DNA from: the human T2T-CHM13v2.0 reference genome, Homo sapiens
Strand: one strand, 5' to 3'
Length of the DNA stretch: 64,000 nt
Assembly: GCF_009914755.1 (NCBI RefSeq)
Contig: NC_060938.1
In this document: piece by piece, positions 1 through 11,619 of the stretch
Layout: every line of letters starts with the position of its first letter
Numbering within the stretch: position 1 is the stretch's first letter
Made by a program: the position numbers and the translations under genes
The notes under the pieces: generated by a model
The model's input: only the letters and a program-made list of their open reading frames with translations
What the model was told of the DNA's origin: nothing
Databases searched by the model: none

Positions 1-684
1 ACAGGGACTGAGGAATCTAGGGAGGGAATATTCTTCCTCAAGAACAATAAGGGGTTTGTGGTTTTTGATTGAGGATGTTTTCACATCCCTTAGATGCTTT
101 TGGAAATGTGTTGGATGAACAGTGGCCATAGTGCCAGCTAGCCAGGGTGTCATCAGAGTGCTAACGATCTGGGCACTATGTAAAGACATACCCAACAAAG
201 AATTGCCCTGCCCCAAAAGCTCACAGCACCCTTACTCAGAAATCCTGCAACCTGGCCACGGTGGAGAGGAGCTCTGCAATCTATTAGCAGCCTCCCTCCA
301 CAAGCTCTGGCTTACACCTGCCTGGCTGTACCCCAGCTACAAGCGTTCAGGTCATGGTCTAGTTTTCTGATATTCTTCAGGCAGACAAGGTCTTACCTAG
401 AGTCTTATTTATAAGAAAATATAACTTACTTTCTTACCTTTAGTAATCTCATGGGATCCCTCAATAGGAATATCTCACTGCACTGTTCACCACATGCAGT
501 TCCCCATATCAGTGCATTGATATTTTGTTTAGATTAGCCAATTTCCACAGTATCTTGGGTCTCTTAAACATAAGCAGTTTATAGCTCTCATTCTCTCTCC
601 CTTAAATGCTCTGTTTCAAACTTCCCTTTATATATCTTGTCCATGATTTAGTAGTGGTGGTTGTTATTCTAATCTAGAACTTCA

Positions 685-895
685 AACACTCATGCACACA
701 TGAGTACATGCAAAGCTGGTGAAATTTGAACGAGGTCTGTGGATTTTGCCAATACCAATTCCCTGGTTCTGTTATTGTTCTAAAATTATGTAAAATTTAC
801 TAGTGGGGAGAACGGGGTACAGAGTACACGTCTGTTCCATCTTTGCAACTTCCTGTGAATCTATAATCATTTTAAAGTAAAAAGTTAAAAAAATT
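685..895 (+). mobile_element. Old L1 (L1MC/L1MD-type) 3' end fragment
   Basis: Typical L1MC 3'UTR ending TTTGCAACTTCCTGTGAATCTATAATCATTTTAAAGTAAAAAG plus an A-rich tail. Confidence 0.7.
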
Positions 896-989
896 AGGTT
901 AAATTTCTTAAAATATGCAAATATTTTCTTAAAATTCTAAAACTGATCAATGCTTTTTCCTCTCCTTCTCTTTTTTCTCCCCTCTCCAG

Positions 990-1458
990 CCAGGACCAGC
1001 CTTGGAGATAAGCAGAGTGAACAGAAATTTATGGTCTCAGATTTAAGAAAAACAAAATTCTTTCTTGCTTCTTAAATCATACTCCATCCCATTGGCTTGC
1101 AAACATGCTGACACTCCTCATAATTTCACTCTTCATAAACCAAAGCATAAGGTCAGAGGAGAACTTGACATATTAGAACACTTAAGCATTGAAAGTGGTT
1201 AGTCTAACTAACCCATTGAAGTTTTGGAGAACCTGGGACTCAAATTTTGGAAGATGTGACAGATGATATGTTAACATACATTGCACCGAGGCTGAAGTGG
1301 GAGGATTGCTTGAGACTGCCTGGAAGGCAGAAGTTGCAGTGAGCCGAGACTGATGGTGTCACTGCACTCCAGCCTGGGCAACAGAGCAAGACCCTGTCTT
1401 AAAAAAACAAAACAAACAAACAAAAGAAACCAAAAAAAAAAAAAAAAAAAAAAAAAAA
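990..1458 (+). other. Candidate 3'-terminal exon of an upstream + strand gene (phase-0 frame PGPALEISRVNRNLWSQI*, 990-1046)
   Basis: Branch-like ACTGAT at ~942, ~34-nt pure pyrimidine tract 953-987, AG at 988-989, open frame to TAA at 1044-1046. The end is inferred from the Alu A-tail; there is no AATAAA. Confidence 0.45.
1288..1458 (+). mobile_element. 5'-truncated Alu (right arm, AluJ-like)
   Basis: Alu right-arm sequence, A-tail with a 27-A run, TSD CATTGCACC at 1279-1287 and 1460-1468. Confidence 0.92.
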
Positions 1459-1574
1459 CCATTGCACCAAGTAACAGTCAACTTTTCAGCAGAGGTGAGT
1501 AGAGTTAATCAGTTAAGGCTTTCTGGAATACCAGCCCACCTCAAGGCCTTGTACATACTGTTCTCTCCACATAG

Positions 1575-1770
1575 AGGGATGGCCAGAAATCCCCCAGATG
1601 GATCCAACAATGCTCACCTCCTGTGTGCAAACCACCATGTATTTCCCTCCCAGGTTGTATCAGGGTTGATCACTGTAACCAGCAGAATGCTGCAGAAATG
1701 ATGAGTGTGTGACTCCCAAGGATAGGTCACAGAAGCTATTGCAGCTTCTACCTCTTGCTCTCTCTTGTTT
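1575..1770 (+). mobile_element. MLT1 (MLT1F-like) LTR fragment
   Basis: AACCAGCAGAATGCTGCAGAAATGATGAGTGTGTGACTCCCAAGGATAGGTCA resembles the MLT1F/E 5' part. Confidence 0.6.
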
Positions 1771-1771
1771 A

Positions 1772-1980
1772 TACCTTTACTAAAGTATAATTCGAGTACA
1801 AGAAACTGCACATATTTAAGGTATACAACTTGATGAGTTTGTCAAATATATACACCTGTGAAACCATCACCACAATCAAGGTAAACATTTCAATCACCCC
1901 CAAAAGGGGTGACCCTTTGAAATCCACCCATCCTCCACCCCTTCCCTAGGCAGCCACTGATCTATTCTCTGTCACTGTAT
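1772..1980 (-). mobile_element. L1MB-type 3' end fragment
   Basis: Antisense L1MB 3'UTR motifs (CACCTGTGAAACCATCACCACAATCAAG; CAGCCACTGATCTATTCTCTGTCACT). Confidence 0.75.
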
Positions 1981-2324
1981 GGAAACACCTTACCTGTTTC
2001 CTCTGTGGGATGTAAAGTCCCATTTCTGGATCCTTTCAGGTCCCTGTCTAATGTCTATTCTCTTTGCCTTGCCCTTACTTTTGTTCAGATCAACTTTAGC
2101 CTTAGCAGGGAATTTGGTTTTGTAATTCCGAACCCTAAGCAGTCTTGGATTGCTGTCTGCTGAGATGGGGCATGAGAGCAGTGAGGAGCGTGATCTCTTT
2201 TAACAAAGCCGTATGCTGTTCCCAGCTATCTAAGACCAAGGCTTATCTCTTTCTAGTAGGATCTTGACAGGAGCCACAAGAAGTAACCAAGACAACAAGA
2301 GTTAACCTGTCCATATGCTTTCTA

Positions 2325-2545
2325 ATTGCCAGGCCTATTCTAAGTGCTTTATATATATTAAATCCCTTAATCTTCACAATAATCCAGTTAATTAGGTACT
2401 ATTTTAATTCCCATTTCCCTGATGAGGAAGCTTAATTGTGATTAAGTAACTTGCCCTAGGTCACACAGCTAGGAGACAGGGTCTTTGAACCTAGGTAGTC
2501 TAATTTCAGTCTTTGCTCTTGAACCACCATATAATACTGCCTCTC
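2325..2545 (-). mobile_element. MIR SINE
   Basis: MIR core GATGAGGAAGCT...AAGTAACTTGCCCTAGGTCACACAGCTAG. Confidence 0.85.
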
Positions 2546-3111
2546 ACACCAGAGCAGCCTAATTTTGTTCTGCTGGATTCCCTGAAGCTTCTACCTTAGT
2601 ATGTACAGGTCTGAATCCCAAAGAAACTACAATAACATCTTAATGAGCTGCTTCATTACCATATCATAAAGACTGCCCACTTCCCACCCAGGGATGGAGG
2701 GAGATGGAGAGAGCCTCACTGCCTCCTACTCCACCTTGACACAGTAGTTCACATTTTAGGATATTTCATTTCTAGCACTCTACTTCTGGGTACCAATGTC
2801 TCAATCAGTCGGTACTCTCAATCGCAAATGGCAGAGACCCACTAAAATTAGCTTACGAGAAATGTTAAGGAATGTATTTGTGCCCCCATAGGTAAATCCC
2901 CTACCCTAAGGATGTGGCCTGCCTCTGCAACCAACCTGAGGTCCAGGTGAAAACCACTAACCTGTGGGCCAGGAGCCCAAGCACAGCACTGAGGCCTGTT
3001 ACTTGGAGACAGAAGTGCTCAGGCAGAGTCCAGGGTCATTACCTTCATTTGGTAAGAATTTTGATGTTGATTTCTAGTGTCTAGAGACCTCAATATCCAA
3101 AATAAACATTA

Positions 3112-3958
3112 ATATATTAATTTTCTAGGGCCGCCATAACAAAATATCACAGACTGGATGGCTTAAACAACAGAAATTTATTTTCTCACAGTGCTGGAGT
3201 CTAGAAGTTCAAGGTCAAGGTGCTGACAGGGCTGGTTTCCTCTGAGGTCCCCCTCCTTGACTTGAAGACCACCCCCTCTCCTTGTCTCATACCTCAGAAA
3301 AAGAAAGAGAATTCAAAAGTTACAGAAAGGCAAAAATAAGATCAATAGTCAGACAGCCCACTGCAGCACCTCCAGCCTGGTAGTTAAAAATCAACCCCTG
3401 ACCTAACTGCTTGTATTATCCATAGATTCCAGGCATTGTGTGAAGAAGCATTGTGAAATTTTCTGTTCTGTTCTGTTCTGCTCTGTCTTGATTACCGGTG
3501 CATGCAGCCCAAGTCCCATACCCCATGCTTGCTCAATCGATCACAACCCTTTCACGTAGACCACCTTAGAGTTGTAAGCCCTTAAAGGGGGCAGGAATTT
3601 CTCTCCCAGGGAGCTCGGCTTTTGAGATGCAAGTCTGCAGAAGCTCCCAGCTGAATAAAGCTCCTTCCTTCTTTAACCCGGTATCTAAGGAGTTTTGTCT
3701 GTGGCTCGTCCTGCTATAGCAGATGGTCGTCTTCTTCCTGTCTTCACATAGTCTTTTCTCTGTGTGCATCTGTGTCCTAATCTCCTCTTCTTATAAGGAC
3801 ATCATCAATCATATTGGATCAGGGCCCACTGACATGACCTCGTTTTACCTTAACCACCTCTTTAACAAGCTCATCCCCAAATACAGTCTCATTCTGAGGT
3901 ACTAGGAGTTAAAACTTCAACATATTAATTTCAGGAGAACACAATTCAGACCATCACA
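3112..3958 (-). mobile_element. MLT1A/B solo LTR, split by an LTR2 insertion at 3264-3718
   Basis: GCCATAACAAAATATCACAGACTGGATGGCTTAAACAACAGAAATTTATT...; consensus continues across the insert (CCTTGACTT|GCAGATGG). Confidence 0.85.
3264..3718 (+). mobile_element. Solo LTR2-family LTR (HERV-E/Harlequin; LTR2B/C-like)
   Basis: GACCACCCC start, TTGCTCAATCGATCAC, CCTTAGAGTTGTAAGCCCTTAAA, AATAAA 3654-3659, end GGAGTTTTGTCTGTGGCTCGTCCTGCTATA. Confidence 0.88.
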
Positions 3959-4385
3959 ATAAACAAAAAATAAAGCTGAATTTATTGCTTAGGTATATAA
4001 GGGAGAGCTATGCTGACCAGGCCCAGTCTCTCTAAGCAGATCAGGGAACTGATCTTAATACAGCTCTGCAGAAGCATGGAGTTTGGTGACTGGCAGAGTA
4101 GGTTGATGTCAGCTGAAGAACTGTAGTTACTTGAGTGAGACTTTAGTAGATTGGCACTCAGTGGTGTGTTCATTGAAGCAGTCCATTCCCAGGTGGTTTG
4201 CTTTCACAAGCAAGGGGTTTTCGCTGCTGGGTTGGCTTCCAGAATCATGCTTGCAGAGGTGAGTTGTTGACGGATTAAGTAGATTTAAAATCATTTCTGG
4301 TGGTTGATCTTGTATCCTGGCTGTAAATTTTTCCTAGGAGTGTGGGAACTTTTTAAAGTTTTCACTAGTGTCAAAATAATACTTA

Positions 4386-4669
4386 AGTTGGGCGTGGTGG
4401 CTCACACCTCTAATCCCAGCACTTTGGGAAGCAGAGGTGGGAGGATTGCTTGAGCTCATAAGTTTGAGACCAGCCTGGACAACGAAGCAAGATCTCATTT
4501 TTATAAAAAAATCAAAAAAATTAGCCAGGCATGGTAGCACACACCTGTAGTCCCAGCTACTCTGGAGGCTGAGGCAGGAGGATCACATGAGCCCAGGAGG
4601 CTGTGGTGAGCCATGATTGTGCCACTGCACTCCAGCCTGGGAAACAGAGCAAGAGCCTGTCTCAAAAAA
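4386..4669 (+). mobile_element. AluJ
   Basis: Dimeric Alu with GGAGGATTGCTTGAG; TSD AAAATAATACTT(A/C)AG on both sides. Confidence 0.95.
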
Positions 4670-5599
4670 TAATACTTCAGAAAGAGTTAGTTATTGCAAG
4701 TAGATAGCTTACTTATATACATGAAAGAGAAGATTCAAGGAACAAAGGCAAAGCATTATTTAAAAGGGTGAAGAGAGAGACAAAAGTACAAGCAGCCAGG
4801 GAACAATACGTCTTGTTTGCACAATTTGTGGATAAATTCATTACCTGGCATGTAGCAAAGAGGACGCCCTGGACAGTTGCCCTTGGGCAGGTGGATTGAG
4901 GGAATAAAAAAAAAAAAAGTTTGTTTTTTTTTAACGGAGTTTTGCTGAAAAGCACACATGACAGGCTGTGCCCTCTGTGTAATGTCTCCCCCTGTGTCTC
5001 CAGGAAACACCCCCTTAGCTAGGCCAGGTCTGCACCCTTTCCCTCATCAGGATTCCTCACCAATCACAGGGTTCCCAGGAAACAGAGTGGACTGCCTGGT
5101 AAGGGAGTTGTGTTGTCAGAGAACTTTGGGCCTAAATGGCACAATCTCTGAGGCAGTTCTCATACCCCTCACTGGCTCCAATAACAGTGCAGGGAAGGGA
5201 AGACAAACCCTTACCTTTGTTCCTTCTGGTGTGCAGAGCTTACCATAACCAGACTGGCAATTTTCTCTCAAGGAGTGAGGCCTTCCTGTCCCTGCAGCGC
5301 AGGACATGACTATGCCATGGATCAGTGGGAGGTCTCATTGTAGTTGTCTTTCCCTCTAACATTGGATATTGTGTGTGTTGGAGGTTTTTACATGTATTAT
5401 TTAATATATTTAAATATATTTGGACCACACCTGCACCAAAGGAATATACATCAACAGGTACCAGACTTGAAGGTGAATGCCAGTGACTTTGGGTTGTCTT
5501 TCTTTGGGAAGCAATGCATGGATTATATACAGAAGAGTTGCATTTTGTCATTAAGGGGCACTTTAAAAAATAATAAGGGAAGAAAAGTGTGTAAGCACT

Positions 5600-6058
5600 A
5601 GTCAGCCAGTGGCTGCATATGTGACCAACACCTGGCCAAAGAATGCTCATTCCCCCAGTCTAACTGATGAGTTCTGGGATGGACACATGAGCCCAGCCAA
5701 CCACTCAGCATCCCTCCAAGGACTCACTGGCTAGTGCTGTTGGGGGAGATTTTCTGTTGCTTTGGGAAAATGTGACCAAACTCACTGACCAGGTGGAAGA
5801 GGCACATTTGAACTATGATAGAATGAGAACAACATGCAAAGAAAAGCAGAAACAGACATGAAAGATGAATGAGGAGAGCTTGGTCACTGTTAAATCCCTA
5901 GTTTTTGAGGCTTCTCCCCTAGTTCTATGACCCATTCTGTATTCTTCCCATTGATATTTGTGTCAACAACTTCTTTCCTTTTTTTAACTCAACTAGTTTT
6001 TTTTCAACTAGTTTAAATTGAATTTCTGTCACTTGCAACCAAGAGTCCTACACAATAT
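5600..6058 (+). mobile_element. Old MLT1 (J/K/L-like) LTR
   Basis: 3' end TTTCTGTCACTTGCAACCAAGAGTCCTACACAATA; degenerate body. Confidence 0.6.
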
Positions 6059-6199
6059 AGTGCTTTTTACTTTTATTTTATAAAGATCATCATAATTATG
6101 ACTTTATTATAATTTTGACCTTAATTATAATTGCAATTTTACTCATGTTATTTTCTCTCCTCCATCATAAATTTTTTCCTCTGTAAATTTGCATCAGCA

Positions 6200-7548
6200 T
6201 AAAACATGCACAATATGTTCCATCTTAAAGAAAAAACATTTCTTTGATCCCCCACATTCTTCTCCAGTTATTGTTTCATTTTTCTCTGCACCCCTTTAAA
6301 TCAAAATTCAATAGTTATCTATGTGCAGTGTTTCCACTTCATCATCTTCATTCTCTCTTCTACTTATGCCGGTCAGGCTTTTGTCCCTACTATTCCACTG
6401 AAACCACTCTTCTTATTGTCACCAGTGATCCCCATCTTGATATATTAAATGATCAGTGGTCAGTCTTCATCTTACTCAACCTCTCAACAGCATTCGACAC
6501 AGCTGGTCATTTCCTTATTTTTCAAACCCTCTTTTTTTTTACTTGGTTTCCAGTGATTTCCCTCTTACTGATATAGAAGTTAAAAAGAAATTATTTAGGC
6601 AGATAGGGTAAGGTTTTCCTTTTAATGAAAAGCAGTCCCCAAATCATTTTCTTTTCTAACGCAGAGTAGCCTGTAAAATCAAGCTGCAGACAGAGACAAG
6701 AAAGCTGGAAGCCTGCATGGGTGAATGCCAGCAGTTGGGTCAATAGGAAAAGGCGACTTGGGACTAGGCATGATCAGAATGACGGCCCCATCTTCCCTTC
6801 TTTTTGACAAACCACGTGTACAGTAAGGAGGAGAAAACATGACAATGGCCAGGTGAAGACCCCATTTGCATAGTAAGATTAGGGTGGGGCAGCCAGCTTC
6901 CCCACATATTATGTAAATGTCACATCTGGTCCAACCAATCTGTGGGCCCTATGTAAATCAGACACCGCCTCCTCAAGCCTGTCTATAAAATCTGGTGCAC
7001 TCAGCTGTGGACTGGAAGTCTGATTTGGGTGCCCCTCTCTCTCGCAAGAGGCAGAGCTGTTCTTTCTCTTTCTTTTGCCTTTTAAACCTCCGCTCCTAAA
7101 CTGACTTCTTGTGTTGGTGTCCTTGATTTCCTTGGCGTGAGACAACGAGCCCCAGGTGTGTACCCCAGACAGTGGTGCTACTTCATTAGCTCATAGGTGC
7201 TGGTTCCTTCTCAGTCTCCATTGCTGGGTTCTCCTTTTCCTTTTCCTAGCCTTTGAATTTGGAGTACCCCAGGACAGTCTTCGACCTTCCTTTTCTCCTC
7301 CATCTATTCATATATGCTGGTGTTCTCTGTACTCTCATGAGTTGCAAAAGTGTGTTTCTGGCACTGACCTCTCCTGTCAGGTCCAAACTCACATCCTCAC
7401 TAGTTGCCTAATCCTCATCTCAATCTTAAAATATCTAAAACAGAACTCATGATTCCTACCTCTAAACTGTTCGTACCTGCAGTGTTCTCCCATCTTAGTA
7501 AATGATACTCTATTTGTGCAGCCCCCAAACCTCAGAATCATCCCTAAT
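6200..7548 (+). mobile_element. L2 LINE reverse-transcriptase region, split by LTR9
   Basis: Translations SGFCPYYSTETTLLIVTSD...ILLNLSTAFDTAGH and FGVPQDS match L2/CR1 RT motifs (QSGFRPxHSTETALL, LDLSAAFDTVDH, GVPQGS). Confidence 0.85.
6569..7185 (+). mobile_element. Solo LTR9-family (ERV1, HUERS-P3) LTR
   Basis: TG...CA termini, 4-bp TSD TTAC/TTAG, start TGATATAGAAGTTAAAAAGAAATTATTTAGGCAGATAG, CCAAT ~6935, TATAAAA 6984-6990. Confidence 0.85.
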
Positions 7549-8371
7549 AGGATGTTGAGTGGAAATTTTCTTGTGGCCTCAGAATTGGCCACTAGAATCC
7601 AGCTCTGAGAAAAAAGATACATCTTGCACAATCCATATTCTAAAAAGAGCCAGTCATCTCCTTGGGCTTATTCATAGGAAAAGAACCTGTCATGCCACTC
7701 CTCAACATGACCCCAATGATTCCCTCTCCCATTTTTAACCTGTCCTGGAAGGAGATGTCAGAGAGAGTTGTGGGAAATGAGGCAGTGAGTCAACAGCCTC
7801 AGGGAAGGCCCATGGCTTTTTCCTCCTTCCTCATGCAAAGGGAAAGTGAGTGCTCCCTCCTCTAAGACAAGCGCAGGGAAGCTCACAGGAATTGGGACAC
7901 CTGAAAGAAGGGAGACTGGCGAGAAGGGAGACAGCTGTTAGCTTTTGCTCAGGCAGCAGACTTAATTAAGCAGGGAAAAGAGAAGTGAGAAGTGAGATGG
8001 CAAAGCAGACAGAGGGACCACAGTGGGGCTGCCTATAAGACCATTACTGGGTGTGGCAAGGACTCTAGAATTTCCTGAGGCCCAAGTGATGGGAGGTAAC
8101 AAGACTTATGTCACCACATCAGAGGACTGGCAGCATGTCAAAGGGAACCCAACAGTAAGACCATGGGGATGGAGCTGAGAGATTAGAAGAGATTGGATTG
8201 GAATCCGATCTCCCCTGGCAGAAAACTAGGCAGAGGGAAGTCTCCTTGGAATTGTTCTGAGAGCCTCCATATGACCACTGAAAAGACCCAAGAACTGGGA
8301 TGTCCGCTGCACAGAAGGCATCAACAAAGTGGAGAGGTTTGCAATTGCACAACCACTTAAATGAAAGTGAA

Positions 8372-8846
<475 letters not shown>

Positions 8847-9014
8847 TCAGATAACTGTGCCACCTGTCAGAAATACTGTAAAGGGACAAGAAAGGAAGAT
8901 TTAATAGTAATTAGAATAAAATGAAACTGTTTCAAATGTATACCCCTGTAGATTGAAATAGTCAAATAAGCCAGTTACTATTTCTAGCTCTAAATGTGCT
9001 TCTCTTCTAGTTGA

Positions 9015-9220
9015 CTACATCCCAAATCCTGCCATTTCTTACCCCATTCATTCTTATTATCCTGGTCCAAGCTAACACCACCTCTCCGCTTAATCACTGC
9101 CATGGCCTCCTCACTGGGCCCACGACTGTCACTCTCCGCTCCTCCTCCCCCATGTCTATTTTCTACTCAATAGCTAGAGTTCTCTTTTAAAAGCCTAAGT
9201 CAGTTACCTACTCAAAATAT
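9015..9220 (+). mobile_element. L2 fragment, probably collinear with the 6200-7548 L2
   Basis: CCTGGTCCAAGCTAACACCACCTCTC...GGCCTCCTCACTGG pattern typical of the L2 3' region. Confidence 0.65.
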
Positions 9221-9242
9221 TTGGAATGAAACCTAAACTTTC

Positions 9243-9540
9243 ACTGAACATAGTGGTCCACACTATGTAATCCCAACACTTTGGGAGGCCAAGGTGGGAG
9301 TATCACTTGAACCCAGGAGTTAGAGACCAGCCTGGGCAACATGGTGAGACACTGTCTCTACAAAACAGTAAAAAATTAGGCAGGTGTGATGACATGCAAC
9401 TGTAGTCCCAGCTACTCAGAAGGCTGAGGTGGGAGGATCACTTGAGCCCAGGAGATCAAGGTTGCAGTGAGCCTTGATGGGGCCACTGCACTCCAGCCTG
9501 AGTGACAGAGCAACATCCTGTCCCCAACAAACAAATAAAA
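9243..9540 (+). mobile_element. AluJ
   Basis: Diverged dimeric Alu, GGAGGATCACTTGAGCCCAGGAG. Confidence 0.93.
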
Positions 9541-9839
9541 CCCCTGAACTTTGCCAAAGGGAGCAGCCGTTGGTGTGTTGTATTTCTTTAGAGTATCAGT
9601 AACCTATTATATTAATCAGCAGTGATGAGTAATTAAAGAGAAATCTAATTCAAATAGGAAAAGAAAAATATTGTTGCCTTTTGTTGATTAGGTACAGAAA
9701 ATTTGGTACCATATTGTAAAAGTACCAATTTCCTTATCTCACCCAAGTTGATACAAAACCATCATTACCACTGTCTGCCATCTCACAGAATCACACAAAC
9801 TACTGGAGAATTTTCATCTTCCTTTTCACTCCCTACCAA

Positions 9840-9960
9840 AGCATTCATTTATTCATTTAAAAACAATTGCACTCACTATATAACAGCTTATGAGCTGTAA
9901 ATACAACAATGGATAGAACAGACAAAAATTCCTTCCCTCATGGAACTTACATTCTGGTGA
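9840..9960 (-). mobile_element. L2 3' end fragment
   Basis: CATTCATTTATTCATT tail and CCCTCATGGAACTTACATTCTGG. Confidence 0.7.
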
Positions 9961-10214
9961 ATGGGCCTTTTACTTTAATGATTAGATTAAAATAATGCTG
10001 TGAAGTATGCATGTGGGGGGGGGGAGGTATCAAAATGCTATAACTCATTTATTCATTTAGTTATCCATTAGGCATTAAATTAGGAAGTGCATGTTACATT
10101 CTGAAACTTACCTTTTCAGAAGTCAGTTGCCAGTATAATGAAACACTTGCTTTGAAATGATGAAAATTAGATTTCAAATAAAAAACTTTTTCATTTTTAT
10201 AAATTAACATTAAT

Positions 10215-11605
10215 AGATTTTTTTAAAATTAAAAATAGCAAAAGTTTATTGCAATCCATGTAAATAAATGATGCAGGAAGGCATAAGGAAAAGTAGATGA
10301 CCTTCCCTGTGTGAACTCTCACCTACCACAGTAGGCTAACCATAGCTCAGAGCCTGGGATGAGCCTTCCTACAACATTCCCTTTCTCATATAAACATTCC
10401 CAAATATTATAATTAATTTTATGTAATTTCCATTTTCATTTCATTTAAAAATGATCAAATATCAGCAATATCCCTATGGTTTTTTGCTTGAACTTATAAA
10501 AACAGTATTGTATTATACACTTCACACTGAGACTTGCTTTTCCAGTTTACCAATATCATGAACATCCCTCCAGATAGATTTAGTAGATTTGACACTTTCT
10601 TTTTAATCACTGTCTACTATTCCATTGAATAGATATACCACAATTATTCAATCATATCCATTACTGGTGGGCATTAAAACTGTTTCCTTTTTGTATTAAA
10701 TAACTACAACCAATGGTTTATATCCATGTGTATCTGTGTTCCTTATATACTGATGCTGTTATTTCTATGAGATGAATTCCTAAGAGTAAAATTGCCGAAT
10801 TAAGAGTATATTTAGGTTTGTTTAGATATGCAAATACTTACCATTGTGTTTTAATTGCCTACAGTATTCAGTACAGTAACATGCTATACAGGTTTGTAGC
10901 CTAGGGTATAGTATCTATCCTAGGTGTGTAGTAAGCTATACCATCTAGGTTTGTTTAAGTACACTCTACGATGTTGATATAATGACAGAATCGCCTAACA
11001 ACCCATTTCTCAGAAAGTATTCTCATCATTAAGCAACACATGGCTGTGTTTGTTCCTTTGTACTCCGTATTACTTCATGCTATTTCAAATTTTGTGTTCT
11101 TTTAAATTGTGTTTTCTAGTTACTTGCTGCTGGTATATGAATATGAAATTAACTATTATAAATTGCTTCGATAACAAGGCACTGTGCTAAATTATCCTAT
11201 TTTTAAATTCTATATGTTTTCTATGTAATTAAACCTATTATTTATAATATAATGATAGTCTAATTTCTTTTTCCAATACTTATGTCTTGATTTCTTTTTT
11301 TTTTTTTTTTGCACTGTCAGGAATTTCTAATACAGTGTTGACTTGAAGTGATAAAATGGGTAACATTGCCTAGTCCCTAACTTTATTAGGAAAGCTTAAA
11401 ATTTTTCTGATTTAGGATTATGTTTGCTGAAGTTTTTTATAGATAGATAGATAGGAAGAATCTTTAGGTGAAGAATATTCTGTTTCTTTTACCCTCCATT
11501 TTTTACTACAAAACTTTCCAAATATACAAAAGTTAAAAGAATAGTACATGATCATCCATATACCCACTAACTATTAGCAATTTGTCATATTTGTTTCATC
11601 TATAA
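10215..11605 (-). mobile_element. Old L1 (L1ME/L1MC) fragments, interrupted by Tigger3
   Basis: Antisense L1M motifs TATTCCATTGAATAGATATACCACAATT and TTCTAATACAGTGTTGA. Confidence 0.6.
10832..11047 (-). mobile_element. Tigger3 (MER7/Golem) terminal fragment
   Basis: Reverse complement of the left end of the Tigger3 at 60426; ends in TIR ...AAGCAACACATGGCTG. Confidence 0.85.
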
Positions 11606-11619
11606 GAAATATAAATGGG

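Noticed and set aside
3975-4370. Possible additional minus-strand LTR
   Set aside because: It looks LTR-like, but I could not identify the family, termini or TSD.
6244-6576. 110-aa ORF with reverse-transcriptase motifs
   Set aside because: It is a decayed L2 RT fragment with a non-ATG start, truncated by the LTR9 insertion.
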